Assembly (NCBI GenBank): GCA_025055255.1 | Contig: JANWYI010000005.1 | Location: forward strand, 38,469-102,468 | Source: Anaerolineae bacterium | GTDB lineage: Bacteria; Chloroflexota; Anaerolineae; Aggregatilineales; UBA2796 | Direction: 5' to 3' | DNA length: 64,000 nt | Shown: piece after piece, positions 26,442-37,026 of the stretch | How the letters are laid out: every line of letters starts with the position of its first letter | How positions within the stretch are numbered: the first letter of the stretch is position 1 | The notes under the pieces: model-generated | What the model was told of the DNA's origin: nothing | Database searches by the model: none | The model's input: only the letters and a program-made list of their open reading frames with translations | Translations under genes and position numbers: made by a program

Positions 26442-27404
26442 CTAGGCTTGCTTCGCCGCGACCTGCTCCAAATACCACGCCACTGTCTCGCGTAGACCGT
26501 CGCGGAAGGATGTCTTTGCTGTGAAACCGAATGCTTCACGCGCCCGTGAGACATCCAACTGGCGGCGTGGCTGACCGTTCGGCTTGCTAGTATCATAGCG
26601 AAACTCGCCCTTGAAGCCGACCAGTTCTGCAATCAGCGCCGCTAGGTCTCGGATCGAAATCTCCATGCCACTGCCTAAGTTCACTGGCTCTGGACTGTTG
26701 TAATGCTCAGCCGCCAGCAAAATGCCCTCAGCCGCATCTTTGACGTATAGAAACTCGCGCGTTGGCGTGCCATCGCCCCAGATTTCGATGTACGGATCGC
26801 CGTTCTGCTTGGCAATTACGCATTTGCGAATGAGCGCTGGTATCACGTGAGATGTCTCAGGATCGAAGTTATCGCCCGGACCGTAGAGATTCGTCGGCAT
26901 GAGGTGAATGCTGTTATAGCCATACTCTTGACGGTATGCTTGCCCTTGTACTAGGAGCATTTTCTTTGCCAAGCCATACGGCGCATTCGTTTCCTCAGGA
27001 TAGCCATTCCACAGGTCTTCCTCGCGGAACGGCACAGGTGTGTACTTCGGATAGGCGCAGATTGTGCCAATGCCAACAAATTTTGGCACGTTAGCAAGCC
27101 GTGCATATTCCAGCATCAACACGCCCATCATCAGACTGTTGTAGAAAAAGCTGCCTGGATGTTTCCGATTGGCGCCAATGCCGCCGACAGACGCCGCTAG
27201 ATGGATAACCATTGTTGCTGGCACGTCTCGATACAGACGGCGCACGTCTTCCTCGTGCCGCAGGTCATATTCAGCACTGCGCACCACAAAAACGCGCTTG
27301 GCGCCGCGCTCATGCAGCGCATTAACGACGTGCCTGCCTAAAAAACCAGCACCGCCTGTCACAATCACGGACTGTTCTGACCAAAAAGTTGGATCGCTCC
27401 TCAC
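26442..27404 (-). CDS. fcl: GDP-L-fucose synthase-like NDP-sugar epimerase/reductase
   Basis: [62 protein letters not shown]; GTG 27404 preferred over the 27641 extension. Confidence 0.88.
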   Translation of the reverse strand: MRSDPTFWSEQSVIVTGGAGFLGRHVVNALHERGAKRVFVVRSAEYDLRHEEDVRRLYRDVPATMVIHLAASVGGIGANRKHPGSFFYNSLMMGVLMLEYARLANVPKFVGIGTICAYPKYTPVPFREEDLWNGYPEETNAPYGLAKKMLLVQGQAYRQEYGYNSIHLMPTNLYGPGDNFDPETSHVIPALIRKCVIAKQNGDPYIEIWGDGTPTREFLYVKDAAEGILLAAEHYNSPEPVNLGSGMEISIRDLAALIAELVGFKGEFRYDTSKPNGQPRRQLDVSRAREAFGFTAKTSFRDGLRETVAWYLEQVAAKQA

Positions 27405-27519
27405 GTCACACCTGCCTGCTCGATAGCGTGGCTGAAAGTATAGCTTGTCTGTGATGGAAAAGGCTAGAGGCAAGGCAAGCAGTCGTCGAGTAAGTTGGCT
27501 GCTTGCCTTGCTTGAGCTG

Positions 27520-29385
27520 TCACTGGCTAGATAGCCTGCGCTGCGTCGCCGCTTCCATGATCGAGAGCAAGCGCGGCAGCATATCCACGGGACGTGGATG
27601 AATGCCTTCCACGAGCAGTGCGCCTTCGAAGAGCTGCTCAATGATCTGCTCAGTCAGCGGCTCATCAGGCATAGCGCTCAAATTGCGGATGAGCGGATGA
27701 CGCGGATTGATCTCCAGAATGCGCGTCGGCAACTTGAAGTCTTTGTCTAGCAGACGATAGACGCGCTCCATGTCAGCGCCGAAACCTTGATCAGGCGCAA
27801 CTAGGCGCACAGCGTTCTCGCGCAATAGATCGGTTGTACGCACGTCCTGAACGCGCTCGCCTAGCACACGCTTGAAGCGCGCGATTAGCGTCTCTTGGAC
27901 TTCCGCAGGCAATGACTCAGCTGATGGCGCCTCTTCCTCAGCACCTGCAGGCAGTTTCAGATCAGCATCAGCGCCGTTGTGCAGCTTCTTCTCCTCAAAA
28001 ATACCAATCGCGTTGACAAGGAAGCTGTCCATTGTATCAGTCAGCAACAGCACGTCCACTTTGCGCGCACGGAAGACGTCCAAGTGCGGACTGCGCAGGA
28101 TAGACTGCGGATCGTCGCCAAACAGGTAGTAGATATGCTCTTGTCCAGCAACCATTTCAGCGACGTACTGCTTCAGACCGATCAGCTGGTCAGGATGACG
28201 CAGCGTACGGAAACGCAGGAGCGGTATCAGGCGCTCGCGGTAGGTCGTGTCAGTGATAGTGCCTTCCTTGATCAAGCGTCCGAATTCATTCCAGAAGCTC
28301 AGATAGCGCTCAGGCGCTTTCTCGACAAGCGACTCAAGCTCGCTCAACACGCGGCTGACAATTGTCTGCTTCAAGCGCTGCATCAAGCGGTTTGACTGCA
28401 CGGTCTCGCGTGAGATGTTGAGCGGCAAGTCCTCAGAGTCGACCACGCCTTCCACAAAGCGCATCCACTCTGGCAATAAGTCCTTGGCGTGATCTTGGAT
28501 CAGCACTTTGCGCGCATACAGACGCAGCTTACCTTGCCCTTCGCCGACCAAGATGCCGCGGTCTAGCTTGGCAGGCACAAACAGCAAGGCATAGAACTGC
28601 ACAGGTGCATCCGCAACTTGGTGAATAGTCAAGGTCGGCGGATTTGAGTCAAAGGTCAGCTGTTTGAAGAATTCTTGGTATTCTCTCGCCTCAACTTCGC
28701 GCGGCGCGCGCCGCCACAGCGCTGTCTGCGCATTGACGACCTTGTCGCCCAGATAAATCGGGAATGGAATGTAGTTTGAGTGTGTGGTGATAATCCGCTT
28801 GAGCGTTCGCTCGTTAAGCAGCTCGGCAGCGTCTTCTTTGACGTAAACTGTGATCTGTGTGCCGCGCTGAGTCCGCTCAGCAGGCGCGACTGTGTACTCT
28901 GTGCCGCCGTGACTTGTCCACAAGACGGCTTGGTCATGCGGACGGAATGAACGCGAGATTACCTCAACTTTTTCGGCAACCATGAAAACTGAGTAGAAGC
29001 CGACGCCAAATTGACCGATGATCTCCGTTGGCGACTGCCCGCCGCGCTCTTGAACTGCCTTGATGAAGGCTAAAGCGCCGCTATGTGCAATCGTGCCGAG
29101 ATTCTCAACGATCTCATCACGATTCATGCCAATGCCAGTGTCTGTGATAGTTAACGTACGTGCCTCAGGATCAAACGTGATCCGAATGGCAAGCTCAAGC
29201 TCAGGATCGATCACCTCAGCATTGGTCAGCTGCTCAAAGCGCAGCCGATTGAGCGCGTCGGAGGCATTTGAGATCAGCTCGCGTAGGAAGATTTCACGGT
29301 CTGTGTAAAGCGCGTGAATTAGGATGTGCAACAGCTGTTGGATTTCAGCGCGAAACTCGTACGTTTGTGCCGCAGGCGCAGTCAT
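27520..29385 (-). CDS. htpG: Chaperone HtpG (Hsp90)
   Basis: [56 protein letters not shown]; ATG 29385. Confidence 0.96.
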   Translation of the reverse strand: MTAPAAQTYEFRAEIQQLLHILIHALYTDREIFLRELISNASDALNRLRFEQLTNAEVIDPELELAIRITFDPEARTLTITDTGIGMNRDEIVENLGTIAHSGALAFIKAVQERGGQSPTEIIGQFGVGFYSVFMVAEKVEVISRSFRPHDQAVLWTSHGGTEYTVAPAERTQRGTQITVYVKEDAAELLNERTLKRIITTHSNYIPFPIYLGDKVVNAQTALWRRAPREVEAREYQEFFKQLTFDSNPPTLTIHQVADAPVQFYALLFVPAKLDRGILVGEGQGKLRLYARKVLIQDHAKDLLPEWMRFVEGVVDSEDLPLNISRETVQSNRLMQRLKQTIVSRVLSELESLVEKAPERYLSFWNEFGRLIKEGTITDTTYRERLIPLLRFRTLRHPDQLIGLKQYVAEMVAGQEHIYYLFGDDPQSILRSPHLDVFRARKVDVLLLTDTMDSFLVNAIGIFEEKKLHNGADADLKLPAGAEEEAPSAESLPAEVQETLIARFKRVLGERVQDVRTTDLLRENAVRLVAPDQGFGADMERVYRLLDKDFKLPTRILEINPRHPLIRNLSAMPDEPLTEQIIEQLFEGALLVEGIHPRPVDMLPRLLSIMEAATQRRLSSQ

Positions 29386-29481
29386 AAGACATCCTCGTCC
29401 TGAAGTGATTGATCTAGGCGCAAGTCTAGCAAGTCTGTGCAAGAATCGCGCAAGAAATCGCGTTTTTGCGCATGTTGACGC

Positions 29482-31572
29482 TCAGGTCCAAATTGGCAGC
29501 TGCACGTAGAACGCACTACCTTCGCCAAGTGCACTTTCTGCCCAAACTCGTCCATTGTGTGCTTCAACGATTCGCCGCACCATTGCTAAGCCCAAGCCAA
29601 CACCACCAAAACGCCGTGTAATACCGCCTTCGACTTGATAGCCGCGCTCAAAAATGCGCTCTAGCTGATCTGTAGGAATGCCAATGCCATGGTCTCTAAC
29701 ACACACGACGACCGTGTCTGCGCTATCTTGTTGAGCGCTCAGCTCAATTTGCGCACCTTCAGGGCTAAATTTGATAGCATTGTCCAGCAGCTGCTCAATC
29801 ACGGTCAACAAGTGCCGTTCATCGCCGCGCACAGGCGGCAAGTGCGGACTAAGCCTGACCGTAATTTCAAGCTGCAGCTCGCCTGCCAACATGCGTACCT
29901 TTCGAATGGCTTGCGACGCGAGGCGTTCCAGATCAATGGCTGCGAAATGCAAATCCTCAGCACTCAACGCTTGTACAATCACAATCTCATCTACGATACT
30001 CGCCAGTTGTGCGCTCCAGCGAAGTGCGGCGCGCAGCGAGTGATGCTGATCGTCGTTCAAGCTGCCGTACATCTCATCATCAAGAATCTGGAGCTGCATG
30101 ATGATCTTGTGAAGCGGTGTCTTTAACTCATGCGAGAGGCTCTGGAGCAAATTGTCTTTCAAGCGCTCTGCTTCGCGCAGCTCATCATAGGCTTGCTGTA
30201 GCGCATTAGCACGCTGCTTGAGCGACTGGTAGAGCGAGGCTCTCTCAAGAGCTGCAGCTGCCGCAGCCGCCAAATTTTCCAAAAATTCTACTTCATCACG
30301 GCTGAAGTGGCTTTCTGAGTGTGCTTGTACCTCCAGCACGCCAATCAAGTGGTCAGCAACTGTAAGCGGCAAGGTCAGTAGGTTCAGATGACCTGTGCTT
30401 GCTTGCTCTTCCAGCCATGAATGGCGTTGGCGTGTTGCTTGCTCTACCGCAGCCTGCTCTAGGCACACAAAGCTGGTGTTTCTTTCGGGCTCTTGCAAGT
30501 CTTGCTCTGTGATCACCTCAAACAGGTCAGCTTGATCTGGAACAGATAAGAAGAGCTGCACATGCTGACATTCCGCTACGTTTCGTGCCGCGCTCAGCAG
30601 CAAGGCAATTACATCTTTCTGCTCAAAGGCAGCACCCAGTGCCTGCACAGCCTGATTTAAGATGCGCAGCCGCTCGCTTTGCCGTTCGAGCGCCTGCTCG
30701 CGCAGTTTTTGCTCTGTCAGATCGCTCAGCACAAGAATGGTATGCTCTACGCCGTCACTGTACGTTGTCGCTCGTGACATCAGCACTGGCACAGCGCGTC
30801 CAAAGCGCGTAATCAGCTGCTGGCTGAAGCTGAGCGTGCCGCGTCCGCCGCGTTGCAAGTTGCGCACAATGGTCTCGCGTGCCTCAGCGGGGAAGAGCAT
30901 CCCAACACTGTTGCCGTACAGCTCCTCGCGCGCATAGCCTGACATTAACAGCAGGCGATTGTTGACATATCGAATGTGTGCCTCTTCATCCAGCACTAGC
31001 AAGCTGTCGCCCATGGTGTCCAGCACGCGCTTGAGAAAATCCCTGTCGGCGCGCATCTGTGCTTCACGCGCAGCAATTGAGATCGCCAGACGCACGTTTT
31101 GAAGTGACGTGCGAGCGTACGCTGTCAGGACTTCGATGAAGTGTGCTTGTTGCCAGTGTGCAGCATCAGCAAAGGTATCAGTTGCCAGTACGAGCAAGCC
31201 GAGCGGCGTCCCACTTTCGTACAGCGGCAAAATATGAATGTAATTGTGGCGCAGCTGACCGAAAGCGCGCATGAAACGCACGCCATCAGGCAAGTAACGT
31301 AGCTCGGAGATGGGCAAGTTCAGCCGTAGCTCATCTGATAAAAGCAGGTAAGCTAGCAGATTAGTGTTTACATTGAGCGGAAAGCTGGAATGCTGTGCTG
31401 CTTTGCCGTGCAGTTGCCATAAGAATACATCAGCAGCGCTGCTGCTCTTGGCGCTAACAAGTGCACGGCTGTGGAGCTGCTCACCTTCCACTGCTAAAAG
31501 CCATGCCAGATCGCAACCAAGCAGCTCCAACGCCATGTGGCAGGTTTCTTCCAACAGGCGGTAGGATTCCAC
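29482..31572 (-). CDS. Cytoplasmic sensor histidine kinase (GAF-like-PAS-GAF-HisKA-HATPase)
   Basis: PAS (LDTMGDSLLVLD...YVN...GY.REEL.G), GAF, SHELKTPL, LLDNAIKF, DHGIGI, GGVGLGL; no TM seen. Confidence 0.9.
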   Translation of the reverse strand: MESYRLLEETCHMALELLGCDLAWLLAVEGEQLHSRALVSAKSSSAADVFLWQLHGKAAQHSSFPLNVNTNLLAYLLLSDELRLNLPISELRYLPDGVRFMRAFGQLRHNYIHILPLYESGTPLGLLVLATDTFADAAHWQQAHFIEVLTAYARTSLQNVRLAISIAAREAQMRADRDFLKRVLDTMGDSLLVLDEEAHIRYVNNRLLLMSGYAREELYGNSVGMLFPAEARETIVRNLQRGGRGTLSFSQQLITRFGRAVPVLMSRATTYSDGVEHTILVLSDLTEQKLREQALERQSERLRILNQAVQALGAAFEQKDVIALLLSAARNVAECQHVQLFLSVPDQADLFEVITEQDLQEPERNTSFVCLEQAAVEQATRQRHSWLEEQASTGHLNLLTLPLTVADHLIGVLEVQAHSESHFSRDEVEFLENLAAAAAAALERASLYQSLKQRANALQQAYDELREAERLKDNLLQSLSHELKTPLHKIIMQLQILDDEMYGSLNDDQHHSLRAALRWSAQLASIVDEIVIVQALSAEDLHFAAIDLERLASQAIRKVRMLAGELQLEITVRLSPHLPPVRGDERHLLTVIEQLLDNAIKFSPEGAQIELSAQQDSADTVVVCVRDHGIGIPTDQLERIFERGYQVEGGITRRFGGVGLGLAMVRRIVEAHNGRVWAESALGEGSAFYVQLPIWT

Positions 31573-31740
31573 GTATTCAGCTCCGAGCAGAGAGCAATGC
31601 TCCTGAATTATACCTGCTCGCTAATGCGAAACAAACTCAGCGGTCACAGATCAGATGCAGCCTTGAAGCAAGGCATGTCTTTGCTATAATCGCTATCAAA
31701 CGTCCTGCATAGCTTCAGACAGGCTTGTTAAGGCAAGCTG

Positions 31741-31768
31741 TTGACACTTTCAGAAGTCTCTCTAAACT
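31741..31768 (+). promoter_or_regulatory. Putative etfBA promoter
   Basis: TTGACA-N16-TAAACT; a second TGcTATAAT at 31682-31690. Confidence 0.5.
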
Positions 31769-31800
31769 GTCCCGCAAAAAACTTTGGAGGTTCGTAAACT

Positions 31801-32580
31801 TTGGCACACATTGTTGTTTTCACGCGCAACACGCCTGACACTGCTGCAAAAGTGGAGGTCGGCGCGAATGGTGCGGTTACTTGGGGAACAGCGCAACTAG
31901 TGCTGAATCCGTGGGATGAATACAGCGTCACAGAGGCTGTTCTGCAGCGCGATGCACACAAAGGCAAGGCGACTGTCATCAGCATCGGTGGCGAAGTGCA
32001 TACTGATGCGCTGAAGCAAGCACTGGCAATTGGCATGGATCAAGCAATTCGGATTGACAGTGACGCCGAACACGATGCCTTGACCTTTGCTATGCTTGCT
32101 GCAGCTGCGATTCGCAAACTAGGCGATGTCTCACTGGTCATCTTCGGCAAGGAATTTGTGGACTCGAACAGCGATGCGCACATCTACATGACAGCGCGCA
32201 AACTCGGCTGGAATGCAATTGGCGCTGTCTCGAAGATTTTGGCGCTCGATTTCGGCGCGCAGACCATTCGCGTTGAACGCATGATTGAAGAAGGCAAGCA
32301 AGTCCTCAGCACGCGCCTGCCCTGCGTGATTAGCGTCCTGAAAGACATTAACGAGCCGAAATCACCATCGTTCATTGGCATTCGCAAAGCGTCCAAAGCG
32401 ACAATACCCGTCTGGACAGCGGCTGATCTCGGCGTGAGCATCGGCGCACCTGTTGTACAAATCAGCGCCTACCGCAACTTGCCCGTGCGCAGCGGCACAT
32501 GCCAGATCATCGAAGGCAGCAGCGATCAGGAGAAAGCAGAGAAGCTGATTGACATCTTGCTCAAGGAGAAGGCGCTATGA
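31801..32580 (+). CDS. etfB: Electron transfer flavoprotein beta subunit
   Basis: LNPWDEYSV.EA, ALAIGMD.AI, INEP..PS..GI.KA; GGAGG RBS before the TTG start. Confidence 0.9.
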   Translation: MAHIVVFTRNTPDTAAKVEVGANGAVTWGTAQLVLNPWDEYSVTEAVLQRDAHKGKATVISIGGEVHTDALKQALAIGMDQAIRIDSDAEHDALTFAMLAAAAIRKLGDVSLVIFGKEFVDSNSDAHIYMTARKLGWNAIGAVSKILALDFGAQTIRVERMIEEGKQVLSTRLPCVISVLKDINEPKSPSFIGIRKASKATIPVWTAADLGVSIGAPVVQISAYRNLPVRSGTCQIIEGSSDQEKAEKLIDILLKEKAL

Positions 32581-33545
32581 GCGGCATTTTCGTCTGGATC
32601 GATCATTTTCGCGGCAAAGCACTGCCTGCCTCGTGGGAGGCAATCAGCGCTGCCCAGACGCTCGGCGGCGAGATCACAGCACTGGTCTTTGGTAGCGGCA
32701 TTGGCAATTTGATCACGCTCGCCTTCCACTATGGCGCGCACAAAGTGATTGCTTGCGAAGACGCCACGCTTGCCGATTATCGCCTAGAGCCATATGCAGC
32801 GCTTCTAACAAAATTGGTCAAAGAACATATGCCGCGCGCTGTGCTGAGCGGCGCTACGACGCGCGGACGCGAGTTGATGGCTGCTGCGGCTGCTGAGACC
32901 GAGAGCGCTCTTCTGCCTGATGTGACCGAGCTGAGCGTTGACGGCGCGGCAATCAAGGCTGTGCATCCCGCCTATGCCGGTAAAGTGCTGAGCGATCTAG
33001 CCGCTATGACGCCGACTGTCTTCATTACGCTGCGCAGTCGTGCCTTCCCGTTGCCAACACCAGATGTCAGCCGCAGCGGCGAGGTGATCAACATTGCACC
33101 TGCTATGCCAGCTGAGCAGATCGCTACACAAGTTGAGGCGTTTGAAGAGCAGCGCGGCAGCGTCAATCTGACCGACGCGGCGATCATCGTCACAGGTGGA
33201 CGCGCAGTGGGCAGCGCTGAAGGCTTTGCGCCGATCCGTGAGCTGGCAGAGGTGCTCGGCGGCGCCGTCGGCGCGACGCGCGCTGCAGTGGACGCCGGCT
33301 ACATCCCTTATGCGCACCAAGTTGGTCAGACAGGCAAAGTGGTCAGTCCGAACTTGTACATCGCTGCTGGCGTCTCTGGCTCGATCCAGCATCAGGCAGG
33401 CATGCGTACCTCGAAGATCATCGTAGCAATCAACAAAGACCCTGAAGCGCCAATCTTCAAGATTGCGCACTACGGAATTGTCGGCGATCTGTTCAAGGTC
33501 GTGCCTGCGCTGACCGCAGCAGCGCGCGCTAAGTTAGGCAAGTGA
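32577..33545 (+). CDS. etfA: Electron transfer flavoprotein alpha subunit
   Basis: GATRAAVDAG, QVGQTGKVVSP.LYIA.GVSG.IQH.AGM, INKDPEAPIF. Confidence 0.95.
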   Translation: MSGIFVWIDHFRGKALPASWEAISAAQTLGGEITALVFGSGIGNLITLAFHYGAHKVIACEDATLADYRLEPYAALLTKLVKEHMPRAVLSGATTRGRELMAAAAAETESALLPDVTELSVDGAAIKAVHPAYAGKVLSDLAAMTPTVFITLRSRAFPLPTPDVSRSGEVINIAPAMPAEQIATQVEAFEEQRGSVNLTDAAIIVTGGRAVGSAEGFAPIRELAEVLGGAVGATRAAVDAGYIPYAHQVGQTGKVVSPNLYIAAGVSGSIQHQAGMRTSKIIVAINKDPEAPIFKIAHYGIVGDLFKVVPALTAAARAKLGK

Positions 33546-33551
33546 GGTGCC

Positions 33552-34400
33552 ATGCGCTTTGCAACTATCTTGTATGAAGGCACGCCGCGCCTTGTGGCTG
33601 CCGCTGATGAGCGCTCGCCGCGCTTGATCGAAGGCTTCAGCGACATGTTCGCGCTGATGGACGCGCCGCGCGCCACTGTTGAAGCAGCCTACGCCGCCGG
33701 CAAGCCGTTGCCAGAGGCAGGCTGGCGTTGGTTAGCGCCTGTGCCGCGTCCCGGCAAAATCATCGGCATTGGTCTCAACTACGCCGATCATTGCCGCGAG
33801 ACGGGTCAGCAGCCGCCTGAAAAGCCGCTCGTCTTTGCCAAGCTGAACAGCAGCGTAATTGCTCATGGCGACGTGATCGAGTGGGATCCGTCCATCACCA
33901 ACAGCGTAGACTACGAGGCAGAGCTTGCTGTTGTGATCGGCAAACAGGCGCGCCTTGTCTCTGAGGAAAACGCGCTATCGTATGTTTTCGGCTACACAGT
34001 TGCCAACGACGTCACAGCGCGCGACTTGCAGAAAAACGACGGTCAATGGACGCGCGCCAAAGGCATGGACACATTCTGTCCGCTTGGACCGTGGCTGGTC
34101 AGCGCTGATGAAGTGCCTGATCCGCAGAGCTTGAGCATTCGCTGCATGGTAGACGGCGAGCTGCGTCAAAACAGCAACACTAGTCAGATGCTCTTCAAGG
34201 TCAAGACGCTCATCAGCTATCTCTCGCGCACGTTCACGCTCTATCGCGGCGACGTGATCCTGACTGGCACGCCTGCAGGCGTCGGCAGCGCCATGAATCC
34301 GCCGCGCCTGCTCCGCGACAAGGCGACTGTGACCATTGAGATTGAAAAGCTCGGACGCCTAGAGAACGTCTGCCGAGAGCTGACTTTCCGCGTACGTTAG
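33552..34400 (+). CDS. Fumarylacetoacetate hydrolase family protein
   Basis: GKIIGIGLNY.DH, DYEAELAVVIG, NDVTARDLQ, KGMDTF.PLGP, GDVILTGTP.GVG. Confidence 0.93.
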   Translation: MRFATILYEGTPRLVAAADERSPRLIEGFSDMFALMDAPRATVEAAYAAGKPLPEAGWRWLAPVPRPGKIIGIGLNYADHCRETGQQPPEKPLVFAKLNSSVIAHGDVIEWDPSITNSVDYEAELAVVIGKQARLVSEENALSYVFGYTVANDVTARDLQKNDGQWTRAKGMDTFCPLGPWLVSADEVPDPQSLSIRCMVDGELRQNSNTSQMLFKVKTLISYLSRTFTLYRGDVILTGTPAGVGSAMNPPRLLRDKATVTIEIEKLGRLENVCRELTFRVR

Positions 34401-34406
34401 TTGACC

Positions 34407-34448
34407 CAAGCGAGCCTTTTCGCAGTGTGCGGAAAGGCTTGCTTGTTT
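34407..34448 (+). terminator. Rho-independent terminator after etfBA-FAH
   Basis: CAAGCGAGCCTTTTCGCA-GTG-TGCGGAAAGGCTTGCTTG (18-bp stem with G-U pairs) then TTT. Confidence 0.7.
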
Positions 34449-34480
34449 CAAACTCCTCCTCTCGCTAGAATGCTCACTAA

Positions 34481-35083
34481 GTGAGTCCGAGAGTGCTAAT
34501 GATCGCCTTGCCAATGCGTCCGCATTGCTGGACAGAAGCTGAGTACCTTGCATTTGAGCGCGCCAGCGACGGCAAGCATGAGTACTATGACGGTCAGATT
34601 TACGACACGGTCGGCGCGTCGTTGCAACACGCTCAAATCACAGCCAATGTTATTGCAGCGCTACACAGTGCCACGCTCGACAGCCCTTGTCGTGTCTTCA
34701 CGAGCGACCTGCGTGTTAAGTTGCACAGGGCATACGTCTATCCTGATGTGACAGTTGTCTGCAGCACGCCGCAACTGGCAGACCAAGACACGCTACTCAA
34801 TCCAACTGTGATCGTTGAAGTGCTATCGCCGTCTACAGAGGCGCATGATCGCGGCACGAAATGGCAACGCTATCAGCAGCTTGAGTCGTTGCAAGATTAC
34901 TTGCTCGTCACACAAGACAAACCAAGAGTGGAACATTTCGCGCGTCAAGGCGCGCAACAGTGGTCTCTAACCATCTGTGAAAGACTATCGGCAAGCGTTG
35001 CATTGACTGCGCTGAACGTGCAGGTATCTTTAGCAGCGATTTATGCCAATGTCACTTTCTCTAAGTCTGAGGAGGCAACATGA
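34481..35083 (+). CDS. Uma2/DUF820 family putative endonuclease
   Basis: KHEYYDG, YPDV.VVC, NP.VIVEVLSPSTE..DRG.K...Y, Y.LV.QD. Confidence 0.9.
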   Translation: MSPRVLMIALPMRPHCWTEAEYLAFERASDGKHEYYDGQIYDTVGASLQHAQITANVIAALHSATLDSPCRVFTSDLRVKLHRAYVYPDVTVVCSTPQLADQDTLLNPTVIVEVLSPSTEAHDRGTKWQRYQQLESLQDYLLVTQDKPRVEHFARQGAQQWSLTICERLSASVALTALNVQVSLAAIYANVTFSKSEEAT

Positions 35084-35838
35084 GCGCTAGTCAACTGCAG
35101 AGAGCAGCCGATGTCCTGCGCCGCTCAAAGCATCTCGTGGTGCTGACCGGCGCCGGCATGTCCAAAGAGAGCGGCATCCCAACTTTTCGAGACGCATTCG
35201 AAGGCATGTGGGCGCGTTTTGATCCCGAAGAGGTTGCCACGCCACAAGCCTTTCAGCGCAATCCTCGCATGGTCTGGGAATGGTATGAGGCGCGACGCTT
35301 GCAAATCATCCAAGCGCAGCCGCACGCAGGTCACTATGCGCTCGCTGCGCTTGAAGCGCATTTGCCGCAGGTTGTGATTGTCACACAGAACATAGATGGC
35401 TTGCACAAGCGCGCCGGTAGCACGGACGTGATTGAGTTACACGGCAACATCATGCAGCACAAGTGCTTCGCTGACTGTCAAGGCGACCCAACACTGCTCA
35501 ACATTGCCGAATTGCCACAAGACGAGATTCCGCCGCGCTGCCCACACTGCGGCGCTTACGCACGTCCAAACGTGGTCTGGTTTAATGAGTTTTTGCCTGT
35601 GGGCGCACTAGAGCGCGCACGCGAGCTGTGCCTGCGCGCCGACGTTATCTTGATTGTCGGCACGTCGGGCGTTGTGCAGCCAGCAGCGTCGCTACCTTAT
35701 CTTGCCAAGCAATATGGCGGCGCATTTCTGATTGATATCAATCCAGAACATAACGAGATCACACCAATGTGCGACCTGTTCTTGCAAGGCACAGCAGGCG
35801 GCATTTTGCCGCGACTGGCTGAGCTGATCAGTAGCTGA
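35080..35838 (+). CDS. cobB: NAD-dependent protein deacylase (class III sirtuin)
   Basis: GAGMS.ESGIPTFR, YEARR (YxxR), TQNIDGLH, ELHGN, RPNVVWF, VGTSGVVQPAA. Confidence 0.93.
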   Translation: MSASQLQRAADVLRRSKHLVVLTGAGMSKESGIPTFRDAFEGMWARFDPEEVATPQAFQRNPRMVWEWYEARRLQIIQAQPHAGHYALAALEAHLPQVVIVTQNIDGLHKRAGSTDVIELHGNIMQHKCFADCQGDPTLLNIAELPQDEIPPRCPHCGAYARPNVVWFNEFLPVGALERARELCLRADVILIVGTSGVVQPAASLPYLAKQYGGAFLIDINPEHNEITPMCDLFLQGTAGGILPRLAELISS

Positions 35839-35865
35839 GCGTTTGCTGATAGGCGTGCTGTGCCG

Positions 35866-35894
35866 TTGCCTAGCGATCTGACTAGCGCTATGAT
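35866..35894 (+). promoter_or_regulatory. Putative rodA promoter
   Basis: TTGCCT-N17-TATGAT, 26 nt upstream of the TTG start. Confidence 0.55.
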
Positions 35895-35920
35895 CGGCTT
35901 TTCAGGAGCGCAAGACTGCC

Positions 35921-37021
35921 TTGAACAAGACAGTGCGCCTGTGGCGCAACTTTGATTTTGTCCTCTTCGGCACAGTAGTTGTGCTGATCATCTATGGCGT
36001 GCTGATGATCCGCAGCGCGACGCTCGGCGCTGTAGACACTGATCTCATCTCGCGCGTGCCGCGCCAAATTCAGTATGCGATCATCGGCATCGCCATGATG
36101 TTCGTCTTCGCCGCCATTGACTACCGTCTGTTAGCAGCGCTACAGCCGTACATTTACGGCGTGATGGTCTTTTTGCTGGCGCTAGTGGCAGTGCTTGGAC
36201 AGGTCGGCGATGGCGGTGCACAACGCTGGCTGACGGTTGGCTTGCCTGTCCAACCTTCTGAGCTGGCAAAAGTGCTGATCGTGATCGTGCTCGGGCAGCA
36301 CTTGCAGAGACAATATTCGAAGATGGACAGGGCGCGAACAGTGTTCATCTCTCTTGGCTATGTTGGTCTGCCCGCAGGTTTCATTTTCCTACAGCCAAGT
36401 CTGGGCATTACAATCCTAATTCTGTTCATTTGGCTCGTGATGGTCTGGGCTGCAGGCTTGCGTTGGAAGCACATCGTGCTCTTCAGCCTTGCCGCTGTGC
36501 TAGTCTCACCTATGCTGTGGCTAAACATGCAAGACTATCAGCGTGCGCGCATCAGCAACTTCTTCACTTGTCAGGACACGCGCGACGCAGCTTGCTACAA
36601 TATCTTTCAGGCGCGCATCAGCATTGGCTCAGGCGGATTGCTTGGCAAAGGCTATGCCAGTGGCACACAATCGCGCCTGCGCTTCTTGCGCGTGCGCCAT
36701 ACTGACTTCATTTTCAGCGTGATCGCTGAGGAACTCGGCTTTGTAGGTGCGTCGCTCGTGTTTGTGCTGATCGGAATTGTGCTGTGGCGCATTATGCGCG
36801 CTGCGGCGCGCGCACGCGACGCACTCGGCTCACTGATCTGCTACGGCATTGCCGCCATCATCTTCTTCCAGACAGTCGTCTCAACAGGCATGAATTTAAG
36901 CGTCCTGCCTGTGACAGGTCTCACACTGCCTTTCATCAGCTCTGGTGGATCGTCACTGCTAACGCTCTTGATTGGCATTGGCGTTGTCCAGAGCGTGATC
37001 ATGCGCAGTCAGCGTTCGTGA
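35921..37021 (+). CDS. rodA: Rod shape-determining SEDS protein RodA
   Basis: GAQRW, QPSELAK, LQPSLG, QARISIGSGGL.GKG, HTDFIFSVIAEELGF, GLTLPFISSGGSS. Confidence 0.92.
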   Translation: MNKTVRLWRNFDFVLFGTVVVLIIYGVLMIRSATLGAVDTDLISRVPRQIQYAIIGIAMMFVFAAIDYRLLAALQPYIYGVMVFLLALVAVLGQVGDGGAQRWLTVGLPVQPSELAKVLIVIVLGQHLQRQYSKMDRARTVFISLGYVGLPAGFIFLQPSLGITILILFIWLVMVWAAGLRWKHIVLFSLAAVLVSPMLWLNMQDYQRARISNFFTCQDTRDAACYNIFQARISIGSGGLLGKGYASGTQSRLRFLRVRHTDFIFSVIAEELGFVGASLVFVLIGIVLWRIMRAAARARDALGSLICYGIAAIIFFQTVVSTGMNLSVLPVTGLTLPFISSGGSSLLTLLIGIGVVQSVIMRSQRS

Positions 37022-37026
37022 TTGCT

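Noticed and set aside
26442-27641. Long N-terminal extensions in the ORF track (fcl 27641, also pspA 4411, serS 58494, htpG 29442, GT4 48563)
   Set aside because: The extensions overlap neighbouring genes, promoters or the T-box, and better RBS-linked starts exist at the family-typical N-terminus.
29386-29481. CIRCE/HAIR/CtsR operator upstream of htpG
   Set aside because: No TTAGCACTC-N9-GAGTGCTAA, CTTGAGT-N7-ACTCAAG or GGTCAAA repeats present.
31801-34400. etfBA-FAH as a novel electron-bifurcating module
   Set aside because: Both ETF subunits look canonical, and no dehydrogenase or FixCX partner is adjacent to support a specific claim.
34481-35083. Uma2 nuclease as a defence gene
   Set aside because: A very common multi-copy family; no supporting defence context here.
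14901-35838. Macrodomain plus sirtuin as a SirTM or Thoeris-like ADP-ribosylation system
   Set aside because: The genes are 20 kb apart, and the sirtuin is an ordinary class III CobB (YxxR) with no GcvH-L/lipoate ligase or TIR partner.
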